From positions 97,807-137,806 of the forward strand of contig OZ244564.1 of the NCBI GenBank assembly GCA_965217725.1: 40,000 nt of DNA. Reading direction: 5' to 3'. Source of the DNA: Dehalococcoidia bacterium. GTDB lineage: Bacteria; Chloroflexota; Dehalococcoidia; Lucifugimonadales; UBA1123. Below the pieces are notes generated by a model. The model worked only from the letters and a program-made list of their open reading frames with translations, was not told where the DNA came from and did not search any database. Below, piece after piece: positions 1-7,330 of this stretch (its first letter is position 1; the number at the start of each line of letters is the position of its first letter). A program made the translations under genes and the position numbers.

Positions 1-36
1 CTGTTACGTTCTCATACGCTAACACATCCGGGCTGT

Positions 37-1407
37 TCAGCCTTCGGCTATCTGCCCGAACCGGCCCTCGAAGAACAGCAGCGGTCTGCCGTCGCCGACA
101 TTGATCTCTTCGACCTCGCCGATGAAGATCGTGTGGTCTCCGGCAACATGCTCGGTGACCACCTTGCAGTCCATCTGCGCCAGGCTGCCATCTACGATTG
201 CCGACCCTCGCTCGGTCATGCTGATCGGGATCTCCAGGTCACCGGTCTTCTGGTCCGTGGGCCGAGCGTAGTATTCCGCGATAACCTGCTGGTCTTCGCT
301 GAGTATGTTGATGGCGAAGCGGCCGGAGTCCTGGATTAGCGGGTAAGAGGTCGTCGTGTGACCCGCGCAGACCAGCACCAGCAGGGGGTCAAGCGACACG
401 GAGTTGATTCCGTTGGCGGTCATGCCGTGCACGTCGCCGTCCGACCGGACCGTGGTGACTATGGACACGCCCGAGGCGAACTTCCCCCACGCGTATCGGA
501 ACGTCTGTGCATCGGGCATGTCTTCACCTCTTGGCTCTACTTCTTCAGCGGTCTGCGAACCGCCGCCTCTCAGTCTTCTGAGCGCACCGGACAGCCGCTC
601 TCGAATTATATTAGCGGTTCCGGGCAATGAAAACCCCTGGGGAGCGGAGGCCGCCTGCGACTCGATGCGCTGGACGGCAGCCACCGTTGTCGTCTCCAGC
701 CCGCCGACCTGCGCCCGCAGCGCGCGTACCTCCTCCAGCAGGGTCTCTATGTTCTCCTCGACATTCTCTTCTGACTTCATGATAGCCGACGCCAGGTTCG
801 CCGTCAGACCTCCGAACAACCCAATCCCGACCAACATCAGCACGACCGCGACCGCTCGTCCCATCGGCGTAACCGGGGACAGGTCGCCGTACCCGACTGT
901 AGTTACGGTTACGAAAGACCACCACAGAGCGTCAGGGAAAGTCGTGATAGAGTCGTGGCCGTGCTCCACTGAGGTCACGACCGTAGCCGCGACGATAACC
1001 ATGCCTATCGCGTAGACGAGCAGGAAATCGACGTTCACCAGCCGCCTCGCTCCGCCAAACGCCCGCGCGCCGAACAGGAACAGCCTCAGAATACGCAGAG
1101 GCCGGAAGAACGGAATAAGGACGATGAGCACCTCCAGCCAGTGCCTCCGTGCATAGACGAACCCGTTCGGCGCGACTGCCAGCTTCACCAGCAGGTCTGC
1201 CGTGAACAACGCCCAGATGAACACGTCCAGCGTGAAGAACAGCGTCTCGTCGTAGTCTGAAAGCTCCCACATCAAGGGGCCCAGCAAAAGCGGAATCATG
1301 GCGAAGGACAGCAGCAGCAGCGGCAGCTCCGTCAGTCGCTCGACGCGCAGCAGCATAGCCTCCCGCGTCTGAATGTCCATACTTCTGAATATCAGGTACT
1401 TGTTCAT
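37..1407 (-). CDS. 6TM voltage-gated-type K+ channel fused to a C-terminal flavin reductase-like (FMN-binding split-barrel) domain
   Basis: ORF 37-1422 opens at TTG; the first ATG is at 1407 (MNKYLIF). It has six hydrophobic segments, an S4-like 'RPLRILRLFLFGARAFGGARR' with Arg at every third position (about 1039-1104), and the pore signature 'TTVGYGD' (883-900). A heptad-like 'EENVEENIETLLEEVRALRAQ' follows. The C-terminal ~155 aa (40-501), 'FRYAWGKFASGVSIVTTV..DGDVHGMTANGINSVSLDPLLVLVC..GRFAINIL', are typical of flavin reductase family proteins. Confidence 0.8.
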   Translation of the reverse strand: MNKYLIFRSMDIQTREAMLLRVERLTELPLLLLSFAMIPLLLGPLMWELSDYDETLFFTLDVFIWALFTADLLVKLAVAPNGFVYARRHWLEVLIVLIPFFRPLRILRLFLFGARAFGGARRLVNVDFLLVYAIGMVIVAATVVTSVEHGHDSITTFPDALWWSFVTVTTVGYGDLSPVTPMGRAVAVVLMLVGIGLFGGLTANLASAIMKSEENVEENIETLLEEVRALRAQVGGLETTTVAAVQRIESQAASAPQGFSLPGTANIIRERLSGALRRLRGGGSQTAEEVEPRGEDMPDAQTFRYAWGKFASGVSIVTTVRSDGDVHGMTANGINSVSLDPLLVLVCAGHTTTSYPLIQDSGRFAINILSEDQQVIAEYYARPTDQKTGDLEIPISMTERGSAIVDGSLAQMDCKVVTEHVAGDHTIFIGEVEEINVGDGRPLLFFEGRFGQIAEG

Positions 1408-1423
1408 TCGCCAATCTCCCAAC

Positions 1424-1450
1424 GCCTGCCCCGTACTCCGATACGGGGTC
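1424..1450. repeat. 27-nt hairpin repeat (CCCCGTA-CTCCGA-TACGGGG), intergenic copy
   Basis: gcctgccccgtactccgatacggggtc is identical to 29688-29714; a variant lies at 7231-7256. The stem is a perfect 7 bp. Confidence 0.85.
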
Positions 1451-1572
1451 GATAGGATTGCACCAGAAGCTTACACCCTGTAACGCGGGAGCGTCTGAAG
1501 GGAATTGCAAAAGTCCCAATACGCCGTCACAGGGGCAGTTGGGGGCGACTCTCACTTCTAACCACTCCAAAA

Positions 1573-1600
1573 TTGCATAAGTGCAGTTTTCTCGTATAAT
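1573..1600 (+). promoter_or_regulatory. putative sigma70-type promoter of the ABC operon (TTGCAT-N16-TATAAT)
   Basis: TTGCAT at 1573-1578 and TATAAT at 1595-1600, about 80 nt upstream of the GTG start at 1681. This is a sequence pattern only. Confidence 0.35.
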
Positions 1601-1680
1601 GGCGGCCAAGCGTAGAGGGAATGGGGATCCAGGAGCGAGAAGCTCGAACCGCAGATTCGCGAGACGACGAGGAGGCCAAA

Positions 1681-3798
1681 GTGAGAAGAGTACGATTGAT
1701 GACACTGTTGATCTCGGCAGTAGTCCTGTCGGTATTGGCGGCAGCATGTTCGAGTGGCGAGACGGTTGCGCCCCAGCCGACTCCGGACTTTGCGACGCTG
1801 ATTCAAAACGCCATGCAGTCGCAGCCGACTGGCGCGACCCCCGATGAAGTCGCTTCCGCGGTCCAGGCTGCTCTGGCCGCCCAACCGGGAGTCACCGAAG
1901 CGCAGGTCGCCGACACCATTGCCAAGGCTCTGGCCGCCCAACCCGGAGTCACCGAGGGGCAAGTGGCGGATGCTATTGCCAAGGCTCTTGCTGCCCAGCC
2001 CGGAGTCACCGAGGGGCAGGTGGCGGGTGCCATAGCCGAGGCTCTGACACGCCAGACACCAGGGCTGACTGAAGCTGAGGTATCGCAAGCCATAGCCAAG
2101 GCGCTGGCCGACAGGCCGGGCGTCACCCAAGAGGACATTCAGGCGGCGGTCCAATCCGCGGTGTCCATGGCCATTCCCACACCGAGTGGCACGATGGACG
2201 CCGGTATGGGCAGATACGGTGGAATCCTCATGTATGGGACGGGGCCGAATGTGGAGCATATATTCCACCTCACGTACAGCGGTGGAGCGTGTGCCGCATG
2301 GTGCATGACGGTTGGCGACCCACTCACCGCCTACGGGCCGGACTCCGAGTGGTTCAGGGAGAAGTCACTCGCCGAGTCGTTCTCAATGAGCGAAGATCAG
2401 AAGACGATCACCTTCAGCCTCAAGCCGGGCGTGCTGTTCCACGACGGGACGGACGTAACCGCAGAGTCAATCAAGTTCAGCCTGGACTTCGTGCTGGATA
2501 AGCAGAACGGCGCTGTCACCAGGCCCGCTATCCAGTCCATCAGCAACGTGGAGGTCATCGACAACCTGACCGTGGCCATCACCACCGACGAGGTCTTTGC
2601 CCCTATCATCACCAACCTCGGTATGACGGCGGGGATGCCGGTCTCTCCAACCGCGTTCAACGAGCGGGGCAAAGATGATCTGGAGGCCCACGGCACCGTT
2701 TCGACCGGCCCGTTCATGATCCAGGAGTGGGTAACCGGCAGCCACATAGACTATGTGAAGTTCGAGGACTACCACCGCGAAGGCTTCCCGTACCTGGACG
2801 GCTGGCGCTGGGTCGTCATTCCTGAGGAGCAGCTCAGGGCAGCCGGGTTGCAGACCGCGACCATTGACGTAACTGGGATCGGCGCATCCGCTCAGGACGC
2901 GATCAAGACCATACGTGAGATTCCTGGCATCCAGGAGTTCAAGACGTTTGCCGGTCCGAGGATGGACCACTTCAACGCCGCGAGGGCGCCCTTCGACGAT
3001 ATAAGGGTCCGGCAGGCGGCGCAGATAGCGATGGACCGCCACGCCTGGGACCAGTCCATGCACAGCGGTGAAGGCATCGTCTATCGAGGCTCCCTGGTGC
3101 CGCCCAATCACGCGGCCAGCTTCTCGGTACCCGAATCCGAGTTCCCGTATCAGTACGACCCGGATAGGGCCCGTGCGCTGCTCGAGGAGTACGCGGCCGA
3201 CGTGGGCATCGAGCTGCCGATCAGCACGATGTCCGCCTTCACGTGCACGGCGGAGCAGAAGGAGTTGGGCTGCCACGACCTTCCGCAGCGTCCGATCACG
3301 ATCACAACGACCTCACACCCGAACAATGTCGCGCGCGCGGAGCTGTCAAAGGCATACTACGAGGCCGTCGGGTTCAAGGTGGAGATGGACATTGGATCGG
3401 GTGATGAGGCCAAACGGACCTTCGTGACCAAGGAAGCCAGCTTCTCGCTGAGAGGATTTGGGCTGAGACCGCACCCGTCGGGAACGTTCAACTCCTATCT
3501 CGGATACGGTGGATACTGGAACAACGGTGGCTATGGCACCAGCGACGCGCAGTTGGAGATCGACCGCCTCGTCAGAAAAGCTGCGCAGACCTTCAATCAG
3601 GCCGACCAGAACTACCTGTACCAGCAGGCGCAGCGGCTCTACATGGAGAATGCTCTTGGCGGGGTGCGCACGTCCGCGGGTCCTGGCTACCAGTACATTC
3701 AGTCCTGGGTTCAGTGGGCGGAGGCCCCCGATTCGAAGTGGGTGAGCTATCCGTCCGATGCGTCGCTCAAGATCCACGACGTATGGCTGGAACGCTAG
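1681..3798 (+). CDS. ABC transporter substrate-binding lipoprotein, family 5 (peptide/nickel, DppA/OppA-like), with an N-terminal tandem-repeat tether
   Basis: ORF 1621-3798. GTG at 1681 sits 5 nt after GAGGAGG (1669-1675) and yields 'VRRVRLMTLLISAVVLSVLAAAC', a signal peptide with lipobox LAAC. 'TITFSLKPGVLFHDGTDVTAESIKFSLD' is typical of SBP_bac_5. Two Dpp/Opp-type permease genes follow. Confidence 0.9.
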   Translation: MRRVRLMTLLISAVVLSVLAAACSSGETVAPQPTPDFATLIQNAMQSQPTGATPDEVASAVQAALAAQPGVTEAQVADTIAKALAAQPGVTEGQVADAIAKALAAQPGVTEGQVAGAIAEALTRQTPGLTEAEVSQAIAKALADRPGVTQEDIQAAVQSAVSMAIPTPSGTMDAGMGRYGGILMYGTGPNVEHIFHLTYSGGACAAWCMTVGDPLTAYGPDSEWFREKSLAESFSMSEDQKTITFSLKPGVLFHDGTDVTAESIKFSLDFVLDKQNGAVTRPAIQSISNVEVIDNLTVAITTDEVFAPIITNLGMTAGMPVSPTAFNERGKDDLEAHGTVSTGPFMIQEWVTGSHIDYVKFEDYHREGFPYLDGWRWVVIPEEQLRAAGLQTATIDVTGIGASAQDAIKTIREIPGIQEFKTFAGPRMDHFNAARAPFDDIRVRQAAQIAMDRHAWDQSMHSGEGIVYRGSLVPPNHAASFSVPESEFPYQYDPDRARALLEEYAADVGIELPISTMSAFTCTAEQKELGCHDLPQRPITITTTSHPNNVARAELSKAYYEAVGFKVEMDIGSGDEAKRTFVTKEASFSLRGFGLRPHPSGTFNSYLGYGGYWNNGGYGTSDAQLEIDRLVRKAAQTFNQADQNYLYQQAQRLYMENALGGVRTSAGPGYQYIQSWVQWAEAPDSKWVSYPSDASLKIHDVWLER
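1834..2170 (+). repeat. in-frame 60-nt (20-aa) tandem repeats inside the binding-protein gene
   Basis: About 5-6 units of 'AQPGVTE(A/G)QVA(D/G)(T/A)IAKALA'. The three central units are nearly identical at nucleotide level (gcc gcc caa ccc gga gtc acc gag ggg ...). Confidence 0.85.
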
Positions 3799-3805
3799 TA
3801 AAGTT

Positions 3806-3945
3806 CCCTCTCCCCCGATGGGCTGACAGGGGTAGGTAAAAGTGTACAGCCAAGCATGAATACCAGCCGACAGCCCCCTCTCCCTTGATGGGCTGACATG
3901 GGTAGGAAAAAGTGTACAGCCAAGCATGAATACCAGCCGACAGCC
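3806..3945. repeat. 2 x 70-bp tandem direct repeat (CCCTCTCCC..GATGGGCTGACAnGGGTAGG..AGTGTACAGCCAAGCATGAATACCAGCCGACAGCC)
   Basis: Units 3806-3875 and 3876-3945 differ at only a few positions. They lie between the binding-protein and permease genes. Confidence 0.9.
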
Positions 3946-4004
3946 CCCTCTCCCTCAGGGAGAGGGTTGGGGTGAGGGTGAACAGGGCGACATGAACCCT
4001 CACC
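3946..4004. repeat. REP-like palindromic unit pair
   Basis: CCCTCTCCC-TCA-GGGAGAGGG (3946-3966) is followed by GGGTGAGGGT (3971-3980), which pairs perfectly with ACCCTCACCC (3995-4004) across a 14-nt loop. The same module family recurs at 5958-6127 and 7136-7265. Confidence 0.85.
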
Positions 4005-4023
4005 CAGCCTCCCCGAGCAAGAC

Positions 4024-4977
4024 ATGCGCAGGTACATAGCCAGCCGCCTCATCCAGATGGTCCCGGTGCTCTTCATCATCAGCGTGATTATATTCCTGCT
4101 GTTGAGAGTTCTCCCCAACGACCCGATCTACTCGATGGCCGGAGAGGACAGCGAAGCGCTGACACCGGAGATCCGCGCTGTGATGATGCGCGACCTGGGT
4201 CTGGACCGTCCCCTCCCATTCCAGTACTTCAAATGGGTCACAGGGATGGTGACTGGCGACTGGGGCAACTCCTTCCAGAACAAGCGCTCGGTCGCGCATG
4301 AGCTGGCCACCAGGCTGCCGCACACGTTGCAGCTGGCCGCGGCCGCGTTCCTCGTCTCACTTGTGCTGGGCATCGTCACCGGTGTCATTGCCGCCCTGAA
4401 ACGCAACTCCATAATGGACATGTTCGCCACCACCGGAGCGATGTTCGGCATCGCGATCCCGGATTTCTGGTTCGCGCTGATGCTCATTCTGCTATTCGGT
4501 GTAACGCTGAACATGCTCCCTGTTTTTGGCTCCGAGTTGGTCTGGGAGAGTCCCGTCGAGGGCATCAAGCACATGATACTGCCGGCCATGGCCCTGGGGC
4601 TGAACGGCGCGGCGACCATCATGAGACAGACACGCTCGTCGCTGCTTGAGGTTATGGGAGAGGACTACATCCGAACCGCCAGGGCCAAGGGACTGTACGA
4701 GCGCAGGGTGATCTGGCTGCACGCGCTTAGGAACTCCATGCTTCCAGTGGTCACCATCCTGGGTCTTCGACTTGGCAACATCCTGGGCGGCTCGGTAATC
4801 ATAGAGACGATGTTCAGCTGGCCGGGAGTGGGACGGCTGGCGGTGTTCGCCCTTCAGCGCGCCGACTATCCGGTGGTGCAGGTCATAGTAATGATGTCCG
4901 CTGTCGCCATCCTGGTTGCCAACCTGGTGACCGACATCACATATGCCTATCTCGATCCCAGGATCAGGTACGACTGA
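4024..4977 (+). CDS. ABC transporter permease (DppB/OppB-type)
   Basis: N-terminus 'MRRYIASRLIQMVPVLFIISVIIFLLLRVLPNDP' and the EAA-loop region 'EDYIRTARAKGL'; multiple TM segments. Confidence 0.92.
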   Translation: MRRYIASRLIQMVPVLFIISVIIFLLLRVLPNDPIYSMAGEDSEALTPEIRAVMMRDLGLDRPLPFQYFKWVTGMVTGDWGNSFQNKRSVAHELATRLPHTLQLAAAAFLVSLVLGIVTGVIAALKRNSIMDMFATTGAMFGIAIPDFWFALMLILLFGVTLNMLPVFGSELVWESPVEGIKHMILPAMALGLNGAATIMRQTRSSLLEVMGEDYIRTARAKGLYERRVIWLHALRNSMLPVVTILGLRLGNILGGSVIIETMFSWPGVGRLAVFALQRADYPVVQVIVMMSAVAILVANLVTDITYAYLDPRIRYD

Positions 4978-5879
4978 TGAGGGAGAGCGGGTCAACCACA
5001 ACCGCCCGGGCCGGCGCCATCGGCCGTGCGCTGGACGCTTTTCCCAGGGACACCGTCCGGCAGCTTCTGCAGCACAGGCTGTCGGTTATAGGGCTGTCGT
5101 ACATCGGACTCGTGATGTTCGTTGGGATTCTCGCCGACGTTATATCGCCGGCGGACCCCTATGCCATAGACCCCATAAACTCGCTCGCCCCCCCAACGTT
5201 GTCGAACCCGCTCGGGCTGGACCACGTGGGGCGCGACCAGTTCACCCGTCTGATATACGGCGCCAGGGTGTCGCTCATAGTGGGACTGCTTTCGGTCGGC
5301 GTGGCGATCCTGATCGGCGTGCCGCTGGGCATTATCGCTGCGTATGCCGGCGGCTGGGTGGACCACTCCATAATGCGGATGGTGGATGCCATGATCGCCA
5401 TACCTGGACTGCTGTTCGCCATCCTCCTGCTGCTTGTGATGGGCGGCAGCGTGTTCACGGTAAGCATCGCCTTAGGAATCAATCTGTTCACGACCCAGGC
5501 GCGGCTGGTGCGGAGTCAGGCGCTTTCGGTCAAGGAGCGCGAATACTTCATGGCGGCCCGTATGATCGGGACTCCCCCATGGCGGCTGCTGCTGTTCCAC
5601 ATGGTGCCAAACTCGATACAGCCCGTCATTGTTCAGGCGACGCTTGGGATGGGGTTCGCGATCCTCGGAGAGGCCGGCCTGAGCTTCATCGGCGTGGGTG
5701 TGGAGCCGCCCATAGCCACCTGGGGCGGTATGCTGAACATGGCGTTCCGAAACCTCAACAGCGCCCCCTGGCTCTCGTTCGCGCCCGGAATCGCGATCTT
5801 CCTGCTCGTGCTCTCGTTCAACTTCGTCGGCGACGGCCTGAGAGACGTGCTCGACCCTAGGCTCCGCGGCAGGTTCTAG
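4977..5879 (+). CDS. ABC transporter permease (DppC/OppC-type)
   Basis: 'PLGLDHVGRDQFTRLIYGARVSL' and 'EREYFMAARMIGTPPWRLLLFHMVPN'. Its ATG overlaps the upstream stop (TGATGA context at 4975-4980). Confidence 0.92.
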   Translation: MRESGSTTTARAGAIGRALDAFPRDTVRQLLQHRLSVIGLSYIGLVMFVGILADVISPADPYAIDPINSLAPPTLSNPLGLDHVGRDQFTRLIYGARVSLIVGLLSVGVAILIGVPLGIIAAYAGGWVDHSIMRMVDAMIAIPGLLFAILLLLVMGGSVFTVSIALGINLFTTQARLVRSQALSVKEREYFMAARMIGTPPWRLLLFHMVPNSIQPVIVQATLGMGFAILGEAGLSFIGVGVEPPIATWGGMLNMAFRNLNSAPWLSFAPGIAIFLLVLSFNFVGDGLRDVLDPRLRGRF

Positions 5880-5942
5880 GCTCACATCCTCAAAGACCCG
5901 CGCCACACCCATTAGTGGATAGACCCAATTCCACTTTCTCAT

Positions 5943-6212
5943 GAGACGATTGCATAACCCCCTCTCCCTTGAGGGCTGACAGGGGTAGGCAAACTAATAA
6001 GTCGTTCGTCCTGAGCTTGTCGAAGGACGCCCCAGCCCCTGGATTCCGGCCTACGCCGGAATGACGATTTGCGAAATGCCTACCCCTGTCAGCTCCCTTG
6101 AGGGAGAGGGTTGGGGAGAGGGTGAAAATGGATTGGTCGCAAGCTACCGCGCACTGTACATACCCCTCTGGATTCCGGCGTACGCCGGAGTGACCGACTT
6201 ATGCAATCTTCT
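5943..6212. mobile_element. MITE-like composite palindromic element (270 bp) with terminal inverted repeats and an 8-bp flanking direct repeat
   Basis: Left end GAGACGATTGCATAA; right end TTATGCAATCTTC, whose reverse complement is GAAGATTGCATAA. This gives a 10-bp perfect TIR, GATTGCATAA. TTTCTCAT flanks both sides (5935-5942 and 6213-6220). Internally there is a 16-bp perfect inverted repeat, GCTGACAGGGGTAGGC (5975-5990) / GCCTACCCCTGTCAGC (6078-6093), plus two TTCCGGC-nnnn-GCCGGAA-type hairpins. No ORF for a transposase. Confidence 0.45.
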
Positions 6213-6310
6213 TTTCTCATCCTTCAATTCGACAACCCCACCCCGCGTAGATAGAATAGGATGTCGTTAATGTGGCCCCAGCAAGCTGGGCGTCGTCGCA
6301 GGGGGACTTC

Positions 6311-7132
6311 GTGGACTTCCGATCTCCATACACCGAGGAGCAGCAGGCATTCCGTGCCGCGGCGCGCGCCTGGCTATCCCAACACTTCCCACGCGATCTC
6401 AAGATACCCCCAGACGGCAGTCCGCTCGATGCCGAGAACCAGGCTAGGGTCAAGACCTTCAGGCGCATGCTCGGCGAGAAGGGATGGCTCGCCCCATCGT
6501 GGCCCAGGCATCTGGGTGGTGGCGGCCTGACTGCCGGCTTCGATGTCGTCCTCATGGAGGAGATGCGTAACCTGCCCCTTCCCAGCATGGGGGACAACAA
6601 TCGCTGGGTACCCGCCATGATGGTGTGGGGCACCGAGGAGCAGAAGGCGAGGTTCATACCTCCGTGTCTAATGGGCGAAACCATTACCTGGCAGTGCTTC
6701 AACGAGCCTGAGTCCGGGTCCGACTTCGCCGCGGTCAACACTTGCGCCGCCCCAGAAGACGGTGGTTGGCGAATCTCTGGAGAGAAAGCGTTCATTACCG
6801 GACGCTTCGACCCTGACTACCTGATTACCCTCGCCAACACCGATCCCGAACGCCCTCGGCGCTCCAACTTGGGCGTCTTCATGGTCGACGCCAACAGCCC
6901 CGGACTGGAGATTCGCACCATGCGACTCCTGATGGGCAGCGAGCGCAGGGTGACGTTCGACGACGTTTTCGTACCGGACGACTGCCGCATCGGGCCGCCT
7001 TACCAAGGCTGGGAGATCGCCATGTCGGTCATTGAGGCCGAACGTGGAGGCGTCGCCTTCAGGGTGAGCGAGGACGGCACGATCGAGAGCATCTACCAGT
7101 ACCTTCGAGACCAGCGAAACGAACAAAGATAA
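6311..7132 (+). CDS. acyl-CoA dehydrogenase family protein, C-terminally truncated (possible pseudogene)
   Basis: ORF 6272-7132. GTG at 6311 gives 'VDFRSPYTEEQQAF', parallel to 'MDFEPRYTPEQQEF' of the 410-aa paralogue at 35484. It carries 'WGTEEQKARFIPP', 'NEPESGSDFAAV' and 'GWEIAMSVIEAERGG', then stops about 130 aa short of the paralogue, directly abutting a repeat cluster. Confidence 0.75.
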   Translation: MDFRSPYTEEQQAFRAAARAWLSQHFPRDLKIPPDGSPLDAENQARVKTFRRMLGEKGWLAPSWPRHLGGGGLTAGFDVVLMEEMRNLPLPSMGDNNRWVPAMMVWGTEEQKARFIPPCLMGETITWQCFNEPESGSDFAAVNTCAAPEDGGWRISGEKAFITGRFDPDYLITLANTDPERPRRSNLGVFMVDANSPGLEIRTMRLLMGSERRVTFDDVFVPDDCRIGPPYQGWEIAMSVIEAERGGVAFRVSEDGTIESIYQYLRDQRNEQR

Positions 7133-7135
7133 GGA

Positions 7136-7280
7136 CCCCCTCACCCTCAGGGCTGACAGGGTAGGCAGAGCTGACTTTCAGGCTTGAGCCACAATCAACC
7201 GGCCCCCTCTACCTCAGGGAGAGGGTTGGAGCCTGCCCCGTACTTGATACGGGGGTGAGGGTGAGATATCCCTACCTGCC
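7136..7280. repeat. REP-like palindromic repeat cluster
   Basis: Contains a variant GGGCTGACAGGGTAGGC module, CCCTCTACC-TCA-GGGAGAGGG, the hairpin CCCCGTA-CTTGA-TACGGGG (7231-7256), and a 9-bp inverted repeat CCCTCACCC (7138-7146) / GGGTGAGGG (7253-7261). Confidence 0.8.
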
Positions 7281-7330
7281 AAACTGACACAGCCACCAGT
7301 AACTACCGAGCAGGGTGAGACGATAGAAAA

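Noticed and set aside
3806-3945. The tandem 70-bp repeats considered as a possible CRISPR array.
   Set aside because: There are only two directly abutting units with no unique spacers between them. No cas genes are present, and the units belong to the dispersed REP-like family.
3767-4118. ORFs translating the repeat clusters (3767-4003, 3795-4118, 6061-6270, 7214-7495, 33196-33513), giving peptides such as 'PLPEGEGAVGW' and 'LWIPAFAGMT'.
   Set aside because: They are read-through of REP-like palindromes. The same peptides arise wherever the repeat occurs, and there is no start or SD context.
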